A DNA stretch of 62,321 bases, counting the filler. It is 3 parts of 3 records of this genome, joined end to end, with 100 filler letters (N's around TTAATTAATTAA, not from the genome) between each part and the next. Parts side by side here need not be neighbours in the genome. Positions count along the whole stretch, not along the records: positions 32,660 to 62,321 come from SRR31156797_7506; 2 more parts are not named here. One strand, given 5' to 3'. Positions 58,314 through 62,321 of this stretch are shown here, one piece after another (position 1 is the stretch's first letter; each line of letters begins with the position of its first letter). The notes below the pieces were generated by a model. It was not told where the DNA came from, made no database searches, and was given only the letters and a program-made list of their open reading frames with translations. A program made the position numbers and the translations under genes.

Positions 58314-59729
58314 TGCAGGATTAAAATCAACAACAACGGTTGTCCCTTCCTGACCGGACTTCATGCTGATGGAGCCACCGTGGACCTTAGCGATCAGGCT
58401 GGCTGAATATGTTCCCAGTCCTGTTCCACCGATCTTGCCTGATGTTGAATACTTTTCGAAAAAATTATCTCTGACCGCAGCCGGAACTTCCCCAAAATTA
58501 TGGATAGAAATATGCGGATACTCCCCGCTATTGAGCCTAACCGTTATCGGATTTCCAGCCGGACTGGCTTCAATACTGTTCTTGAGCAGGTTGGAAAGCA
58601 TAGAGAAAAGTAATAGTTCCTCACCACGCACAGAAAAAGAAGCCTGCTCCCCGGCCTCGCTACCATCAATAAGGACTTTAAGTTCAGAGTCACGGCTCTC
58701 GAACATATCCTGAAGATCAATTGCAATGCGCCTTATCAACGGCAGCACATCCACCTTCTCCGGACGCAGGATATAAGAATCAGTCTCCATGCGATAGATA
58801 TCGTAAGACCTGTTGACCAGACCCAGCATACGGTATCCGGCATCCTGAATATTTTTGACCAGCTCGATCTTTTCAGGGTCATTTTCGTCAGCAAGCAACA
58901 AATGGGGGAGGTTGATTACCGCATTAAGGGGAGTTTTCAAATCATGGCGGGTAATGCGCTCCACATCAACACGCAACAGTTCTCCCCGCTCGTGATTGAT
59001 AACATCGATGATGGTCGAAGCCACGGAATTACAAAAATACTCAAGAAAATCCGTACCCATTTCAGGGTGAAAACGATCTTCCGCAGGATCATGGATGGAA
59101 AAAAGACCGATCAGCCTGCCGGGAGTGTACTTATCCATCATCCCGAAGGCGAAACATGAGCCGCCCAACTCCGGCCCTACTTCCGGGTCCCCGAAAAAAA
59201 CATCCGGGCGCATCATTCGGGAAATAGGCCCGAGAAAGACACGATTGGAGCCGTCATTTAAAGTAGCGTCGATATAGCGCATACACCCTTTGAGATAAAA
59301 AGTCGGAATTTCAGGACAGGGCATGTCTTTACACAGGTCCCGGTCCAGAACCACTGCAATGCGGCCCAGACCAAGTTCCTGCGCCACTCCGGTCAGCATA
59401 TCGGATAACCCGGAAAGTGATTTAAGACCGTTCACATATTGCAGTGCCCTGCCGAACTTGGCAAAAAGCTGGAAATCAGAACTATGGACGCTGTAGGCTT
59501 CTTTAAGCTTTCCTTCAAGAAGCTGGATACGTTCATCTTTTTCAGCAAGATCATGACGCGCCCCAAGGTTTGCATCTTCCTGTGAAAGAAACCCGTCACG
59601 GGCATAGGCGTAATTTTCATACATATTCTGGGCAATGAAATCAGCCTGCTCCCCGTTATCCTCTTTAATGAACCGCTTCAGGAGATCAAGTTGTTCGCCG
59701 AAGTTCTTCAATGTAGGCAGATTGTCCAT
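58272..59729 (-). CDS. Cytoplasmic histidine kinase with DUF484-like N-terminal domain
   Basis: RHDLKTPL, NLLKNSIEAS, GKIGGTGLG; N-terminal coiled coil plus DRFHPEMGTDFL. Confidence 0.85.
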   Translation of the reverse strand: MDNLPTLKNFGEQLDLLKRFIKEDNGEQADFIAQNMYENYAYARDGFLSQEDANLGARHDLAEKDERIQLLEGKLKEAYSVHSSDFQLFAKFGRALQYVNGLKSLSGLSDMLTGVAQELGLGRIAVVLDRDLCKDMPCPEIPTFYLKGCMRYIDATLNDGSNRVFLGPISRMMRPDVFFGDPEVGPELGGSCFAFGMMDKYTPGRLIGLFSIHDPAEDRFHPEMGTDFLEYFCNSVASTIIDVINHERGELLRVDVERITRHDLKTPLNAVINLPHLLLADENDPEKIELVKNIQDAGYRMLGLVNRSYDIYRMETDSYILRPEKVDVLPLIRRIAIDLQDMFESRDSELKVLIDGSEAGEQASFSVRGEELLLFSMLSNLLKNSIEASPAGNPITVRLNSGEYPHISIHNFGEVPAAVRDNFFEKYSTSGKIGGTGLGTYSASLIAKVHGGSISMKSGQEGTTVVVDFNPASAQGGDGQLEGEF

Positions 59730-59767
59730 ATAGATTCCTATGCTTGTTTGATTTTTTTGTACTTATA

Positions 59768-60523
59768 TCAATTCAATGCACAGAATGCCAGTAGTCCCGC
59801 CAATTCGCTAAGCACCACTGACGCGCCGAGGAAATCACCATTGGCTCCATTGACCCTTTTAGCCAGCCGGAACAAAAACAAAATTCCGCCCCCGCAAAAA
59901 GCATAAGCCAGCAGCTGCATCTCAGGACTGACCGCAAACACTCCTACAAGCACTGTGCTCAAAGCAGCCACGCCTATGGAAAGTCCATCCGCACCGCGCA
60001 TGGACAAACTGCCCTGCCCCGGCCTTGCCAACGGCTTGCCGACCATGCTCATCAAAGCATTACCAAGCCTGCCGAGCACAAAAATCCAGACCACCGCCCC
60101 GTAAGACCCGGCTTCGTACACATAGAAAAAGCAAACCGCCTGCCCCAGCACTGCCAGCACCAAGGCCAGCACCCCGAACACACCGGAGCAGCTGTCCTTA
60201 ATAATTTTCCAGAACCTTTCCGGGTCGGGATAAGGTCCGGCCCCGTCGGCGATATCCGCAAAGCCGTCAAAATGCAGCCCACGGGTCAGGTAAACAGAAG
60301 CAGCCACAGTCAGCCAGCTCTGAATCCAGAACTTGCCCGCGAACAGCCCCAGCCAGAACGGAAGCACGATTACCGCGCCCAGCACCAGCCCGCTTAAAGG
60401 CATCCACTTCACAGTCCGCCCGATATCATCAGCTTCAATCTCCATGACCGGACCGATGCGGGTCATGAAACCTAGGGTAATCAAAAAATCTCTTACTAAT
60501 CCTGATCGCACTGGATGCTCCAT
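59768..60523 (-). CDS. cobS: Adenosylcobinamide-GDP ribazoletransferase
   Basis: FMTRI, TRGLHFDGFADIADG, IIKDSCSGVFG, NGDFLGA..E. Confidence 0.92.
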   Translation of the reverse strand: MEHPVRSGLVRDFLITLGFMTRIGPVMEIEADDIGRTVKWMPLSGLVLGAVIVLPFWLGLFAGKFWIQSWLTVAASVYLTRGLHFDGFADIADGAGPYPDPERFWKIIKDSCSGVFGVLALVLAVLGQAVCFFYVYEAGSYGAVVWIFVLGRLGNALMSMVGKPLARPGQGSLSMRGADGLSIGVAALSTVLVGVFAVSPEMQLLAYAFCGGGILFLFRLAKRVNGANGDFLGASVVLSELAGLLAFCALN

Positions 60524-61314
60524 TTCAAAGTCAAAACATCTCCCGGCTCAAGGCCGAGCATTTCCGATGCAGCGCCGCGATTAAGGGCCAATTCATAATA
60601 TCCCTGACTTCCAGCCAGAAGACCTGTGGCTCCGGTTTCAAGTTCAGCGTAACAGCAGACCCGTTTCACGCAGCTGGCGTCATTACCGGAAAGGAGCTGC
60701 TCTTCGGGGATACACATGCGTTCGGGCAGGCTCTGAGTGTCTGGAATGTTGAGCACCAGATTACCGAAACGGTCTTTGTGCAGGATGGTGGTTTCCACAC
60801 CGCCTTCCAGCCAGACGGGTTTGTTAATTCCGGTGCGTACAATCTCACGCAGGGGCAGTTTGGGACCGAGGGCTTCAAGTGAAGTCCCGCAAGCAATAGA
60901 CGCGGCAAGGGGCGCAAAAATATCCCGGCCATGAAAGGTTGCTGAACTGTGAATTTTGGACGCGGCCTCACTGAGATCGGTGACAATCATGGTTCCGGGA
61001 AAACGGGCTTCGGCAAGTTCGAGTACCCCGTTATCCGGGGCTACGACTATCTGATCCCCGAACTCAGCGGCGACAATCCTGCGAGCACTGCCCACACCGG
61101 GATCGATTACGGTGATGAAGACCGTATCCTTTGGGAAATGCTCCATGGCTCCCGAAAGGAAAAACGCGCCCTGCGAAATGCAAAACGGTTCCACTCCGTG
61201 ACTGACGTCAATTATCCGGGAATCAGGTGCCTGATCAGCCAGCACCCCTTTCATCTGGCCTACGTAAGGATCATCGAGTCCGAAATCAGTCAAAAGCGCG
61301 ATTGTTCTACCCAT
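60496..61314 (-). CDS. DUF62 SAM hydroxide adenosyltransferase / chlorinase-family protein
   Basis: LLTDFGLDDPYVGQMKG, VIDPGVGSARR, APDNG, SATFHGRDIFAP, DRFGN. Confidence 0.92.
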   Translation of the reverse strand: MGRTIALLTDFGLDDPYVGQMKGVLADQAPDSRIIDVSHGVEPFCISQGAFFLSGAMEHFPKDTVFITVIDPGVGSARRIVAAEFGDQIVVAPDNGVLELAEARFPGTMIVTDLSEAASKIHSSATFHGRDIFAPLAASIACGTSLEALGPKLPLREIVRTGINKPVWLEGGVETTILHKDRFGNLVLNIPDTQSLPERMCIPEEQLLSGNDASCVKRVCCYAELETGATGLLAGSQGYYELALNRGAASEMLGLEPGDVLTLKWSIQCDQD

Positions 61315-61316
61315 AG

Positions 61317-62195
61317 CTACCTCGGCACGGAAAAACCTTTTCCGAGTACGCTGAAAGTTGATTCGATTATGACAAAAGCAGCCGGATCAATGGTAAATAC
61401 AGTGGATTCAAGACGCTTGATCCTGAATGAATCGACTACGGTCAGAATCACGGTTTTCTCCTGCCGGGTATAGCCGCCTTTAGCATTAAGCAGCGTGGTC
61501 CCCCTGCCCATTTTAGCCATGATCGCCCCGGCCACGTCTTCGGGAAAAGTGGTGATGATCAGAACCAGTTTACGCTGGTTGAACAGACGCTGCACCCCGT
61601 CAATAGCGGCTGAAGCAACGTATATCATTGCCAGCGAATAAAGAACATCATTGAGATTGAGCCAGAAGGTACCGACACCCAGCACAATGACATTAAATCC
61701 CATAGAGAACTGTCCGGGCTTGATACCCAGTTTTTCACGGACCAGCACCAGCAAAATACCGATTCCGCCGCTACAGCCGAGTGAACGGAGGGAAATACCG
61801 GACCCAATGCCCAGCACAACACCCCCGGCAAGTACTGCCAGCCATTTATCGGTAAATGGGATTGTCCATGGCACAAGTTCGATGAAAGCACTAAGAGTGA
61901 TCAGTCCGTACAGACTATAAAAAAAGAATTTTTTACTAATGCAAAACCAGCCGACCATAAAGACCGGAATATTGAGCAGAAAAATCCAAAGCCCAGAACT
62001 GAGCTGCGGAAAAATATAATAAAACAGCAACCCCAGCCCGGAAATCCCGCTTGGCAGGAAAGCATTGGGGATAATAATTGCTTTTATAGCTACAGCAGCA
62101 ATAAAACCACCGACAGTCAACAGAAAAAGGTTCCACGGAATGGTATAACTGATTTTCTGAAAACGGTTTATGACTGCATCAAATTCAGTATCCAA
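61317..62195 (-). CDS. YitT family membrane protein
   Basis: GISGLG, LNIPVF, SGGIG, RGTT..GGYT, IDPAAF..GKGF. Start is TTG 62195 behind AGGAG, or ATG 62222. Confidence 0.9.
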   Translation of the reverse strand: MDTEFDAVINRFQKISYTIPWNLFLLTVGGFIAAVAIKAIIIPNAFLPSGISGLGLLFYYIFPQLSSGLWIFLLNIPVFMVGWFCISKKFFFYSLYGLITLSAFIELVPWTIPFTDKWLAVLAGGVVLGIGSGISLRSLGCSGGIGILLVLVREKLGIKPGQFSMGFNVIVLGVGTFWLNLNDVLYSLAMIYVASAAIDGVQRLFNQRKLVLIITTFPEDVAGAIMAKMGRGTTLLNAKGGYTRQEKTVILTVVDSFRIKRLESTVFTIDPAAFVIIESTFSVLGKGFSVPR

Positions 62196-62289
62196 TTTAT
62201 ATTCTCCTTTGTATGAAGCCATATTTTGCTGTATTAGAGAAAAAGGCAATGTAGATTCGTTTTTTCACAAACTCATCTGAAAGCAGACG

Positions 62290-62304
62290 GCTAAGAAAGT
62301 GCCA
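62290..62304 (-). promoter_or_regulatory. Possible sigma54 promoter for yitT-DUF62-cobS
   Basis: Minus strand TGGCACTTTCTTAGC, GG-N10-GC, with one mismatch at -12 (TAGC for TTGC). Confidence 0.35.
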
Positions 62305-62321
62305 GATGCTAGGCGCAAGAA

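Noticed and set aside
31862..60523. cbiA and cobS as one cobalamin locus
   Set aside because: They are on different contigs separated by a linker and possibly from different organisms.
60496..61314. Fluorinase/chlorinase natural-product cluster
   Set aside because: Hydrolase-type triad present and no biosynthetic genes nearby.
1..62321. CRISPR array, prophage, transposase or defence island
   Set aside because: No regularly spaced direct repeats, integrase, transposase, phage structural gene or recognisable defence gene seen by eye.

Overview
The window is three unrelated contigs joined by two artificial 100-nt spacers (N44-TTAATTAATTAA-N44 at 15715-15814 and 32560-32659), so neighbourhoods across the spacers mean nothing. 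Contig 1 (1-15714) is GC-rich and alphaproteobacterial-like. It carries dnaX-[antisense PolB-type 3'-5' exonuclease]-ybaB-recR, a GNAT, chrA, SPFH/NfeD, rmuC, DUF4139, def, a LarA-superfamily protein, a 3-hydroxyacyl-CoA dehydrogenase, a small lipoprotein and a tctCAB transporter. Contig 2 (15815-32559) looks like Desulfovibrionaceae core genome: thpR, xth, PfpI, HI0933, rdgB, a PAS kinase, rimO, usp, hisC-cmk-serS, fliJ/MotE-like, dinB and a partial cbiA. Contig 3 (32660-62321) is also Desulfovibrionaceae-like but more AT-rich: partial tRNA-Tyr, rpiB-tkt, DUF748, DUF4390-ntrY-[HD-GYP]-ntrX, a Cache-GGDEF, a beta-carbonic anhydrase homologue, pat/acs, two kinases and yitT-DUF62-cobS. Taxonomic and family calls are from motif recognition only; no searches were run. 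I found no CRISPR array, prophage, transposase or recognisable defence island, and no multi-gene system I can honestly call novel. The best leads are an exported beta-CA homologue lacking both Zn-binding cysteines, a DUF484-like/histidine kinase fusion, three microproteins not called in their likely form by the ORF track (one apparently leaderless, one with 4 Cys ahead of fliJ), a LarA/HAD/TTT catabolic cluster, and a palindromic repeat element.
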